Below, piece after piece: positions 30,015 to 44,800 of a stretch of 64,000 nucleotides of DNA. Below the pieces are notes generated by a model, which did no database searches, was not told the DNA's origin, and worked only from the letters and a program-made list of their open reading frames with translations. Location of the stretch: NCBI RefSeq assembly GCF_009914755.1, contig NC_060947.1; one strand, 5' to 3'. The position numbers and the translations under genes were made by a program. The stretch's first letter is position 1, and every line of letters begins with the position of its first letter. Source of the stretch: the human T2T-CHM13v2.0 reference genome, Homo sapiens.

Positions 30015-32454
30015 CTGAGCCACCTATAGCTTGGGATAGAGAGAAAAAAGCACTCATGTTGTCACCATCCCTAGAATATGCTGGGTCACACTTGAAGCCA
30101 GCATAGCACTTGGTCTTATCCAAGGCCTTCTGTAATCACTCCCTCATTAGTATCTATTTCTGCTGAAAGCTCTGGAGCTCTACAGTCAGGTGGCAAAGCC
30201 AGCCAGGCCTTTGTTCTTCCTTTCAAAGTGGTGAGTTCCCTCAGGCCACAGCCAGGTACAGAGATGCTGTCTTGGATTGAGGGACTAGAGTCAAAAACCT
30301 TAGAAGCCCACTTGGTGTTCTATTGTACTGAAGCTGAGCTGGTGCTCAAATCACAAGATGCAGCCCTTTCCACTCTTTCTTTTTGTTTATAAAGGCAGAG
30401 GTTCCTCACCCTATGGCCACTGCCATCTCAGGCCCACTGAGAGTACTGCCAAACTGCTGCCAATATTCTCTTTTGTCTCAAGGGCATTTTAGTCAGCTTG
30501 TGGTAACTGCTGTTTGGTCTGGGACTCACCCTTCAGTGAAATGGGCTCCCTTCTGGCCCAGGCCATGTCCAGAGATGCTATCCTAGAGTCAAGGTCTGGA
30601 ATTGGGAATTCCAAGAGCCCACTTTCTCATTTACCACTCTGTGGCCGAGCTGATATCTGAGGTGCAACACAAAGTACCCTTTACTTTTTTCTCCACTTTT
30701 CTCAAGCAGAAGGAGGCTTGCCTTGTAGCCAGCACAGCTGGAAATGCGATGAGACTTACCTGAGGCCAGCAAGTCTCAGCATCTCACCCAAGGCTTTCAA
30801 CACAGTTCCTGGATATCACTGCAGGTTATTCAGGACCCAAAGTCTCTTCAGTTAGCAGGTAATGAATCTTCCACAACTGGGTCCTTTCCTTCAAACCAAT
30901 GAGTCCCCTACTGCCCCAGAGTGTTTCTAGAAACGTCATCCAGGAGCTAGGGCCTGTAACAGGGGCCTAACGACGCTGACTAGTGCCCTATTCTCCTTTG
31001 GCTGAGCTGTTTTTTAAGAAACAAGACAAGTATTCCCCACTCTTCTATCTCCTTTCCTCAAGTGGAAGGAACGGTTCTCTTTTGGAGCCATGAACTGTGC
31101 AGCCTGGGGCTTGTGGAGGATAACTGCCAGCACTCTCTTAGCTGCCCCACCTGGTGTCTCAGTAGGGCATGTGCTCCCCACGTCCAGCCTCTGGGCCCAG
31201 TTCAGCCCTAGAACTGACCAAGCAGTTGCAGTGTTTGTGGTATAGACTACCTTTCAAGTTTACTTGGAGCTTCAGAGCACCTTAGCCCATGCTGTTGAGG
31301 CTTGCTGGAACTCAAGTTCTGACCACTGGCATTGGCAGATTCCCTCTACCTAGGATTGGTTTAAAATTACACTCTGAGTGGGCATCAGCTTAATTTATTT
31401 TTCTGTTATAACAAGGGCAGCATTTAGTTTAATATCTCACAGTTGCTGGCTCTCCCTTTCTCCAGAGCATATAAATGCTCTCTGCATCATGCCACCACTG
31501 CCAGGGGGTCAGAGAGGAGTGGCTTTGGCAATTCAAAACTGTTTTTCCTACCTCTTCAGTGCTGCTTTTGGTTATATGAACGTGAAGCCATGTTCTGTGA
31601 CTGCTCACCTAATTTTTAGTTTTTACAAAGGTGCATTTTTGTGTAGATAGTTGTTAAATTGATCTCCTTGTGTGGGGGACAATCAGTGGAGCTTTCTATT
31701 CTGCCATTTTGCTCTCTGTTTTTATTTCTCTAATCTGTTCTTTATTCTTCTTTTCTTTTTTCCTTGTTTTTGCATTAATCAATAATTTTTGTTATTCCAT
31801 TTTATCTCCTCAGTTGGATTATTAGCTACAACCCTTGATTTTGCTTGGGGCTTTTTGCTTTCATATTTATAGTTTACAACTTTGGCTTATAACATTGTTC
31901 CTCCAAGTAACCATATAAAAATACATATATATTACAAGAACACTGCAACAGTATACTTCCATTTTTCTTCTTCTGACCTTTGCCTTAGTTTTATCATCCA
32001 TTTTACTTTTGTGTTTGTTATAAGCCCCAAATTTATTATTATTTCTTATAAACAGTAAATTATTTTTAAAAAGATTTAGATTATGAGAAAATGTCTTATA
32101 TGTTGTTACCAACTCTGTGGCTCTCCATTTCTTTGTATAGATTCAGATTTCTATCTTTTATTATTTTTTTCTGTCTGATAAACTTACTTCAACATTTCTT
32201 GTCATACAGTCTGCCAGTGATGAATTCTTTACACTTCATAAATCTAAAATATATCTGCAATTTTCTTTATTTTTGAGAGATTCTTTACTGGGTATAGAGA
32301 TCTAGGTTTAAATTTTTTTTCTTTCATGCTATAGAGATGTTGCTTTGCTCTCATCTATCTTTGATTCTCACCAGCACATTTGATATTATCATCATCTTTG
32401 TTATTTGGTACCTAATGCATCTTCTTTTTTCTCTGAGTGCCTTTAAAATACTCT

Positions 32455-32757
32455 GGCCAGGCATTGTAGTTCATACCTGTAATTCCAGCACTTTGGGAGG
32501 CCAAGACAGTGAAATCCCATGAGCTCAGGGATTCAAGACTAGTCTGGGCAACATGAAAAAAACCTGTCTCTAAAAAACAAATATAAAAATTGGCCAGGTA
32601 TGTTGGTGTGTGCCTGTAGTCCCAGCTACTCAGGAGGCTGAGGAGGGAGAATCACTTGACCCTGGGCGGTCAAGGCTGCAATGAGTCACAATTGTGCCAC
32701 TGCACTCCAGCTTGGGTAGCAGAATGAGACCCTGTCAAAAAAAAAAAAAAAAAAAGA
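32455..32757 (+). mobile_element. AluJ element
   Basis: AluJ-type right arm 'gtcaaggctgcaatgag...gagaccctgtc' followed by poly(A). Confidence 0.92.
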
Positions 32758-32956
32758 AGATATTATATTTTTCATAGGTTTTAAGCAATTTGATTATGAT
32801 GTGCTTAATGTAGTTTTATTTCTATTTATTGAATCTATGGAATTATAGTATTTATCAAATTTTTTAAAATTTTAGCCATTATTTTTTAAAATGTTTTCTG
32901 TCTTATTCTCTCTTCTTCTTTGACCAGTCAAATTATACTTGTATTATGTCACCTAA

Positions 32957-33086
32957 AGTTGTCCAACAAGTCAGTGATGCTATACTTATATTTTCAGGTT
33001 TTTTCTGTGTTTCATTATCTCCTCAGTTGTCCAACAGGTCAGTGATGCTATACTTATATTGTCAGGTTTTTTCTGTGTTTCATTAT
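32957..33086. repeat. 62-bp direct duplication with 6-bp spacer
   Basis: 32957-33018 and 33025-33086 differ at 2 positions. The spacer is CTCCTC. Confidence 0.95.
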
Positions 33087-33221
33087 TAGATTATTTCTAC
33101 TGATATGTCCATTTTCAGTAATGTTTACATCTGAAGTGTTAAATATGCTAATAGACCCATACAGTGTAATTTTCTTCTAAGAAATAGTATTTTTTCAGTT
33201 CTTGACTACGTTTTGAGGCTT

Positions 33222-33695
33222 TTTAAATTGTAAAAAATTTAATTGGTGAAACTATATATATTCAACATGTACAATGTAATGATTATATATAATTTTACAT
33301 GGTATAATGTTTACCAAAATAAAATTACCATGCCAATTACCACCTATAATTCACATTGTGTGTATATGTTTGTGTGTTTGTGTAGTGAGTACACTTAAAT
33401 TTTCTCATATCAAATTTAAAATTTATAATACATTATTAACTATAGTCACCATGCTCTACATTATTCATCTTATAATGAAAGTTTGTATCCTTTGACCAAC
33501 ATCTTCCCATTTTCCTTACACCTGCCCTCAGCCCCGAGCAAACATCTTTTTGCTTTCTGCTTTTTTATAAGTTTAAATACTTTAGATTTCAAATATAAGT
33601 GAGATCATGCAATGTTTTTCTCTCTGTGTCTGGCTTAATTCATTTAACATATCCTCCAGGTTTATTGATGTTGCCTCAAAGAGCAGGGTATCCTT
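33222..33695 (-). mobile_element. L1MA8/9-type 3' end
   Basis: 'gtgagtacacttaaa...attattaactatagtcaccatgct' matches an L1MA 3'UTR. Confidence 0.65.
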
Positions 33696-34566
33696 TGTTT
33701 AAAATTTTTATTTTAAGTTCAGGGGTAAACATTCACGTTTGTTACATAGGTAAACTTGTGTCATGGGGCTTTGTTGTACAGACTGTTTCATCGTCCAGCT
33801 ATTAAGCCTAGTACCCATCAGTTATTTTTCCTTGTCCTCTCCCTCTTCCTATCCTGCACCCGCTGATAGGCTTCAGTCTATGTTGTTCCCCTATGTGTCC
33901 GTGTGTTCTTATCATTTAGCTCTCACTTATGAGTGAGAACATGTGGTATTTGGTTTTCTGTTCCTGCATTAGTTTGCTAAGAAAAACGGCCTTCAGCTTC
34001 ATTCATATCTCTGCAAAGGACATGATCACATTTTTTTTTTTTATGGTAGCATAGTTTTTCATAGTGTGTATGTATCACATTTTCTTTATCCAGCCTATCA
34101 TTGATGATTATTTAGATTGATTCCATGTCTTTGCTACTGTGAATAGTGCGACGATAAACATTCCTGTGCATATGTCTTTATTTTATTTTTAAAAATTTTT
34201 ATTATTTTACTTTATTTTTCCATAAGTTAATGGGGTACAGGTGGTATTTGGTTACATAACTAAGTTCTTTCATGGTGATTTGTGAGATTTTGTTTCACCC
34301 ATCACCCGAGCGCTGTACACTCCACCATATTTGCAGTCTTTTATCCCTCCCCACCTCCCACTCTTCCCCCCGAGTCCCCAAAGTCCATTGTATCATTCTT
34401 ATGCTTTTACATCCTCACAGCTTATCTCCCAAATATCGATGAGAACATACGATGTTTGGTTTTCCATTCCTGAGTTACCCCACTTAGATTTATAGTCTTC
34501 AATCTCATCCAGGTCACTTCAAATGCTGTTGATTCATTCCCATTTATGGCTGAGTAGTATTCTGCT

Positions 34567-34567
<1 letters not shown>

Positions 34568-34597
<30 letters not shown>

Positions 34598-35147
34598 ATT
34601 TATATATATATATTTATATATATATATATACACCAAATATATATATACCAAATATATATATATAAATATATATACCAAATATATATATAAATATATATAA
34701 CAAATATATATAAATATATATCAAATATATATATACATATATATATCAAATATATATATACCAAATATATATATATAAATATATATATACCAAATATATA
34801 TATAAATATATATATACCAAATATATATATAAATATATATATACCAAATATATATATATAAATATATATACCAAATATATATATATAAATATATATATAC
34901 CAAATATATATATAAATATATATATACCAAATATATATATATAAATATATATATATCAAATATATATATAAATATATATATCAAATATATATATATAAAT
35001 ATATATATCAAATATATATAAATATATATATATACCAAATATATATATCTCAAATATATATATAAATATATATATCAAATATATATATAAATAAATATAT
35101 ACCAAATATATATATATAAATAAATATATATATATATATATATACCA
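34568..35147. repeat. TA-derived minisatellite, unit ~CCAAA(TA)nAA(TA)n
   Basis: ~580 bp of (TA)n punctuated by ccaaa/tcaaa and taaa, with units of roughly 25-30 bp. Confidence 0.97.
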
Positions 35148-38100
35148 AAGTTTCTTTATTCACTCATTGATTGATGGGCATTCGGATTGGTTCCACGATT
35201 TTGCAATTGTGAATTGTGCTGCTATAAACATGCATGTGCAAGTGTCTTTTTTGAATAATGACTTATTTTCCTTGCAGTAGATACCCAGTAGTGGGATTGC
35301 TGGATCAAATTGTTGTTCTACTTTTAATTCTTTAAGGAATCTCCACACTTTTTTCCATGGTGGCTGTACTAGTTTACGTTCCCACCAGCAGTGTAGAAGT
35401 GTTCCCTGATCACCGCATCCATGCCAACATCTACTATTTTTTGATTTTTTGATTACAGCCATTCTTGCAGGAGTAAGGTCATATTGCATTGTGGTTTTGA
35501 TTTGCATTTCCCTGATCATTAGTGATGTTGATCATTTTTTCATATGTTTGGTGGACATTTTTCTATCTTGTTTTGAGAATTGTCTATTTGTGTACTTAGC
35601 CCACTTTTTAATGAGATTGTTCATTTTTTTTCTGATTGGTTTGAGTTTGTTGTAGATTCTGAATATTAGTCCTTTGTCAGATTGTATAGATTGTATAGAT
35701 TGTGAAGATTTTCTCCCACTTTTCCGGTTTTCTGTTTACTTTGCTGACTGTTCCTTTCGCCATGCAAAAGCTCTTTAGTCTAATTGGGTCTCAGCTATTT
35801 ATCTTTGTTTTTATTGAATTTGATTTGGGGATTTTGGTCACAAAATCCTTGGCTAAGCCAATGTCTAGAAGGGTTTTTCCAGTGATATTTTCTAGAATTT
35901 TTATAGTTTCAGCTCTTACGTTTAAGTCTCTAATCCATCCTGTGTTGATTTTTGTATAAGGTGAGAGATGAGGGTCCAGTTTCATACTCCTACATGTGGC
36001 TAGCCAATTATCCCAGCACCATTAGTTGAAAAGGGTGTCCTTTCCCCACTTTTTGTTTTTGTTTGCTTTGTCAAAGATCAGTTAGCTGTAAGTATTTGGG
36101 CTTATTTCTGGGTTCTCTATTCTGTTCCATTGGTCTAAGTGCCTATTTTTATACCTGTGCCACTCTGTTTTGGTGACTATGGCCTTAGAGTATAGTTTGA
36201 AACCAGGTAGTGTGATGCCTCCGGTTTTGTTCTTTTTGCTTAACCTTGCTTTGGCTTTGCAGGCTCTTTTTCTTTTATTCCATATGAATTGTATTCTTTG
36301 TCTCTGTGAAGAATGATGGTGTTACTTTGATGGGGATTGAATTGAATCTGTAGATTGCTTTCAGAAGTATGGTCATTTTTACAATATTGATTCTAATGGT
36401 CCATGAGCATGGAATGTGTTTCCATTTGTTTGTGTTGTCTATGATTTTTTTCAGCAGTGTTTTGTAGTTTTCCTTGTAGAGGTCTTTTGACTCCTTGGTT
36501 AGGCATATTCCTAAGTATTTTATTTTACTTGTTTGCAGCTATTGTAAAAGGGGTTGAGTTCTTGATTTGATTCTCCACTTGGTTGCTGTTGATGTGTACA
36601 AGAGCTACTGATTTGTGTACATTAATCTTGTATCCAGATAGTTTGCTGAATTATTTTATCAGTTCTAGGAGCTTTCCTGAGGAGTCCTTAGGATTTTCAA
36701 GGTAAATGATAATACAGTCGTCAAACAGAGACAGTTTGACTTTCTCTTCACCGATTTGGATGCCCTGTACATCTTTCACTTGTCTGATTGTTCTGGCTAA
36801 GACTACCAGTACTATGTTGAAGAGGAGTGGTGAGAGTGGACATTCTTGTCTTGTTCCTGTTCTCAGAGAGAGTGCTTTCAACTTTTCCCCAGTCAGTATT
36901 ATGTTGGCTGTGGGTTCATCACAGATGGCTCCTATTACATTAAGGTATGTTCCATGTTTGCTGATTTTGATGAGAGTTTTAATAATAAAGTGATGGTGGA
37001 TTTTTTTGAATGCTTTTTCTGCATCTGTTGAGATGATCATGTGATTTTTGTTTTTAATTCTGTTTATGTGGTGTATCACACTTATTGACTTGTGTATGTT
37101 AAACCATTCCTGCATTCCTGGTATGAAACTCACTTGATCATGGTGGATTATCTTTTTGATAAGTTGTTGGATTCAGTTAGCTGGTATTTTGTTAAGGATT
37201 TTAGCATCTATATTCATCAAGAATATCAGTCTGCAGTTTTCTTTTTGGTTGTGTCCTTTCCTGGTTTTGGTATTAGGGTGATGTTGGCTTCACAGATTTA
37301 ATTAGGGAAAATTCCTTCTTTCTCTATACTGTGGAATAGTATCAAAAGGATTGGTACCAATTCTTTTTTGAATGTTCGGTAAAATTCTGCTGTGAATCCA
37401 TCTGCTCCTAGACTTTGGTTGTTGTTGTTGTTGTTGGTAATTTTTAAATTACCATTTCAATCTTGCTGCTTGTTATTGTTCTATTCAGGGGATCTAATTC
37501 TTCCTGATTTAAGCTAGGAGGGTTGTATTTTTCCAGGAATTTATCCACCTGTTCTAGATTTTCTATTTATGTGTGTAAAGGTGTTCATAATAGCGTTAAA
37601 TGATCTTCCGTATTTCAGTGGTGTCAGCTGTAATATCTCTTGTTTTGTTTCTTAGTGAGGTTAGTTGGATTTTCTCTCTTCTTTTCTTGGTTAATCTTGC
37701 TAATGGTCTATCAATATTATTTATCTTTTCAAAAAACCAGATTTTTCCTTCATTTATCTTTTGTATTTTTTTGTTTCATTTTTATTTAGGTCTGCTCTGA
37801 TCTTGGTTATTTCTTTTCTTCTGCTGTGTTTGCATTTGCTTTGCTCTTGTTTCTCTATTTCCATCAGGTGTGGCCGCAGATTGAATGTTTGTGCTCTTTC
37901 AGTCTTTTTGATGTAGGCATTTAGGGGTATGAACTTTCCTCTTAGCACTGTCTCAGCTGTATCCAAGAGGTTTTGATAGGTTTTGTTGTTCTTGTGATTC
38001 AGTTGGAAGAATTTTTGAATTTCCATCTTTATTTTGTTTTTGACCCAATGCTCATTCTGGGACGGTTACATAATTTCCATGTATTTACATGTTTTTGAAG

Positions 38101-38528
38101 TTTCCTGTTGGGATTGATTTCCAGTTTTATTTCACTGTGGTCTGAGAGAGTGCTTGATATAATTTCAATTTTCCTAAATTTACTGAGGCTCATATTGTAA
38201 CCTATTATATGGTCCATCTTGGAGGAAATTTCGTGTGCTGTTGAATAGAATGTGTATTCTGCAGTTGTTGAATGAAATGTTCTGTATATATCTGTTAAGT
38301 CCATCTATTCCAAGGTATAGTTTAAATCCATTGTTTCTTTGTTGACTTTCTGTCTTGATGACCTGTCTAGTGCTGTCAGTGGAGTATTGAAATCCCCCAC
38401 TATCATTGTGTTGCTGTATATCTCATTTTTTAGGTCTATTACTAATTGTTTTATTAATTTGGGAGCTCCAGTGTTAGGTGCATATATGTTTAGGATTGTC
38501 ATATTTTCCTGTTGGACAAGGCCTTTTA

Positions 38529-40612
<2,084 letters not shown>

Positions 40613-41553
40613 GACACGGCCTTTTAGCATTATGTAATGTCCCCCTTTGTCTCTTTTAACTTCCATTGCCTTAAAGTTTGTTTTGTCTGATATAAAAATA
40701 GCCAGCTCTTCTCACCTTTGGTGTCCACTTCCACGAATTTCCTTTTTCCACCCTTTTACTTTAAGTTTATGAGAGTTCTTATGTCTTATGTGGGTCTCCT
40801 GAAGGCAGCAGATCATTGGTGAGCTCTTACCCATTCTGCAATTTTGTATCTTTTAAGTGGAACATTTAGGCCATGTACATTCAATATTTGTATTGAAATG
40901 TGAGGTCGTTGGGTTCATCATGCTCTTTATTTCCTGTGTACACTGTTTTGTTTGTTTGCTTGCTTTGTGCTTTAACTTCTATTTTTGTTTTATAAGTCGT
41001 GTGTGATTTATGCTTTAAAGATCTTCTCTTTTGATGTGTTTCCAGCATTTGTTTCAAAATTTAGAGCTCCCTTTAGCAGTTTTTGTAGTGGTGGCTTGGT
41101 AATGGTGAATGTTCTCAGCATTTTTTTTTTTGGTCTGAAAACGACTGTATCTTTCCTTCATATATGATGCTTAGTTTCGCTAGATACAAAATTTTGGGCT
41201 AAAAATTGTTTTGTTTGAGGAAGCTGAAGATAGGGCCCCAATCCCTGTTATCTTGTAGGGTTTCAGCTGAGAAGTCTACTGTTAATCTGATAGGTTTTCC
41301 TTTATAAGTTATCTGGTGCTTCTGTCTCAGAGCTCTTAAGATTCTTTCCTTTGTCTTAACTTTGGATAACCTGATGACAGTGTGCCTAGGCAAAGATCTT
41401 TTGGGGATGAATTTCACAGGTGTTCTTTGTGCTTTTCTTATTTGCATGCCTAGGTCTCTAGAAACACCAAAGCAGTTTTCCTCCATTATTTTTCCAAATA
41501 TGTTTTCCAAACTTTCAGAATTCTCTTCTTCCTCAGGAACACTGATTCTTCTT

Positions 41554-41861
41554 CTTTTTTTTTTTTTTTTTTTTTTTTTTGAGATGGAGTCTCACTCTGT
41601 CACCCAGGCTGGAGGGCAGTGATGTGATCTCGGCTCACTGCAATCTCTGCCTCCTGGGTTCATACCATTCTCCTGCCTCAGCTTCTTGAGTAGCTGGGAC
41701 TACAGGTGACCACCACCACGCCCGGCTAATTTTTTGTGTTTTTAGTAGAGACAGGGTTTCACCGTGTTAGCCAGGATGGTCTGGATCTCCTTACCTTTTG
41801 ATCTACCCACCTCAGCCTCCCAAAGTGCTGGGATTACAGGCATGGGCCACCGCACCTGGCC
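41554..41861 (-). mobile_element. AluY/Sc-type element
   Basis: Long poly-T and diagnostics 'ccattctcctgcc' and 'gttagccaggatggtc'. TSD TGATT(C/A)TTCTT at 41543 and 41862. Confidence 0.93.
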
Positions 41862-44800
41862 TGATTATTCTTAGGATTGGTTATTTAGCATAATTCCAGA
41901 GTTCTTGAAGGCTTTGTTCGTGTTTTCTTATTTTTTTTTTTTGGTCTTTGTTAGCTTGGGTTAATTTGAAGACCTTCTCTTTGAGCTCTAAATTTCTTTC
42001 TTCTACATGTTCAATTCTATTGCTGAGACTTTTCAGAGCATTTTGCATTTCTAAAAGTGTGTCCAAAGTTTCCTGAATTTTTTGTTGTTTTTGCTTTAGG
42101 CTATCTATTTCCTTTAATATTTCTCCATTCACTTCTTGTATTATTTTTTGGGTTTCCTTGCTTTGGGCTTTGACTTTCTCTGGTGCCTCCCTGATTAAGT
42201 TAATAACTAACATACTCAATTCTTTCTCAGGTAAATCAGCGATTTCTTCTTGGTTCGGATCCATTGCTGGTGAACTACTGTGACTTTTGGGGGTTGTTGA
42301 TGAGCCTTGTTTTGTCATATTACCAGGGATGGTTTTCTCATTCCTTCTCATTTGGGTAGGCTCTGTCAGAGGGAGGGTCTAAGGCTGAAGGCTTTTGTTC
42401 AGATTTTTTTGTCCCACAGGATGTTCCCTTGATGTAGTACTCTCCCCTCATTTCCTGTGGATGTGGCTTCCTGTGTGCTAAACTGCGGTGATTGTTGTCT
42501 CTCTTCTGGGTCTAGCCACCCAGTAAGTTTACCCAGCTCTGGGCTGGTACTGTGGGTTGTCTGCACAGAGTCCTATGATGTGAACTATCTATGGGCCTCT
42601 CAGCTGTGGATACCAGGTCCTGTTCTAGTGGAGGTGGTGGAGGGTGCAATGGACTCCATAAGGGTCATTAGCTTTGGTAATTTAATGCTCTATTTTTGAA
42701 GTGGTTGGCCTCCTGCCAGGAGGTGGGACTTTACAGAAAACATCAGCTGTAATAATGTGGAGAGGAACCAGTGGTTGGTGGGGCCCTAGAGCTCCCAAGA
42801 TTATATGCCCTTTGTCTTCAGCTACCAGGGTGGATAGAAAAGGACCATCAGGTGGGGGTATGGCTAGTCATGTCTGAGCTCAGACTCTCCTTGGGTGGGT
42901 CTTGCTGTGGCTGCTGTGGGGGATGAGGTTGAGATTTGCAGGTCACTGTAGTTGTGTACCTAGGAGGATTATGGCTATCTCTGCTGAGTCATGGAGGTTG
43001 TCAGGGAAGTGGGGGAAAGCCGGTAGTCACAGGCCTCACCAAGCTCCCACTCAAACTGAAGGGCTGGCCTCTCTCTCACCATACCCCCAACAACAGCCCT
43101 GAGTCTTTTTCTAGGTGGAGGGTTAGACAGGGTTGAAAACTTTCCTGGGCTTTCCACCTCCCAGCTGGGAAAGAAAAGGGCTTTAGTTCTTCCCCAGCCT
43201 GTGAAGTCTGTAAGCCAGATTCACGCCCTCCCCTGAGTTCTGGCCAGGAGGCTTCTCACCTGGTTCAAACTGTTACAAAGTTTAGGTAGAGAATTCCTTC
43301 TGCCTGTGGAATTTTACCCCCTGCTCATCTGGACACCCTCCTGATGGATCCCTATGGTGCCAGGCAGGAATGGGCTGCTTGGGGAACCCGTGAGCTCCCA
43401 TGGCCTTTTCACTGCTTCCTCTACCCCTGTATTTCGCTTGGTTCAGCTCTCTAACTTGATTTGGCTCCAGGTAAAGTCGGAAACTTCTCCTGCAAACAGA
43501 CCTTCAGCTTCTTCAGTGGGTGTGTGCATTTGGGAGAGGAGGGTCTCCCTTTCCCACTTCCACAATTAGGGCACTCACAGTATTTGGGGTGTCTCCTGGG
43601 TCCTGTAGGGGCAGCCTGCTTCCTTCAGAGGGTCTGTTTGTCCTCTCAGGATTGCTGGTTTGTTCTTTCAGTCGATCTGGAGCTAAAATTCACAGTACAA
43701 GTCTCCACATGCTGCTCTGTCCACAGCTGCAACCTAGTTTTGCCTCCTATCCACCATGACCCACTCATTCATGTGTCTTTATAATAGAACAATTTAAATC
43801 CCTTTGGGTGTATACCCAGTAATGGAATTGCTGGGTCGAGTGGTATTTCTGTCTTTAGATCTTTTAGAAATCGCCACACTGTCTTTCACAATGTTTTCAC
43901 TAATTGACTTTTCCATCAACAATATATAAGCCTTCCTTTTTCTCCAAAACCTCGCCAGCCTCCTTTATTTTTTGACTTTTTGATAATAACCATTCTGACT
44001 GGTGTGAGATGGTAACTCATTTTTGTTTAGATTTGAATTTCTCTAATGATTAGCAATATTAAGCTTTGTATTATATGATTGTTGGCTGCATGCATGTCTT
44101 CTTTTGAACATCGTCTCTCTATATTAGTTTTTTTATGAGGTCGTTTTGCTGTTGTAAATTTGTTCAAGTTTCTTATATATGCTGCATATTAAACTTTTGT
44201 TTAATCCATTGTCTGCAAAAATTTGTATCTAATTCTATGGCTTTGAGTGAATTTCTTAGTCTTGATTTCTAATTTGATTGCACTGTCCTTGAGAGATTAT
44301 ATGTTATGATTTCAGTTTTTTGGCATTTGCTGAGGAGTGTTTTACTTCCAATTATGTAATCAATTTTAGAGTATGTGCCATGTGTCAATCAGAAAAAATG
44401 CATATTGTTTTGTTTTTCAGTGGAGAATGCTGTAGCTATCTATCAGGACTTTTTGATCCAGTGCTGAGTTCAAGTCCTAAATATCTTTGTGAATTTTCTG
44501 TCCTGGTGATCTAATATTGTCAGTGAAGTGTTAAAGTCTCCCACTATTATTGTGTGAGAATCTAAGTATTCCTGAGGGTCTTCAAGAACTTGCTTTATGA
44601 ATCTAGCTGCTCTTGTGTGATAAATGTTTAATCCAACAGCTCCAGAATGCACATTTTTATCTTCAGCACATGAATCATTCTCAAAAAAGACCTTATGTCA
44701 GGTCACAAAACAAGTCTTAAAACATTCAAAAGCATTGAAATAATATCAAGCGTCTTCTCTGACCACAATAAAGGAAAACCAGAAATTAATAAGAATAGGA

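Larger units (their letters stand above)
31720..33220 (-). mobile_element. Highly diverged old L1M fragment (inter-ORF/ORF1 region)
   Basis: Degenerate L1M-like motifs, e.g. 'agcaatttgattatgatgtgc' and 'ctgggtatagagatctaggtt'. Confidence 0.55.

Noticed and set aside
29808-30123. ER-repeat ORFs
   Set aside because: Translation of the (CT)n/(AG)n microsatellite.
34600-35053. 119-aa and 110-aa Ile/Tyr-rich ORFs
   Set aside because: They are translations of the TA minisatellite.
34620-35147. CRISPR-like repeat-spacer array
   Set aside because: There are no unique spacers; it is a low-complexity eukaryotic tandem repeat.
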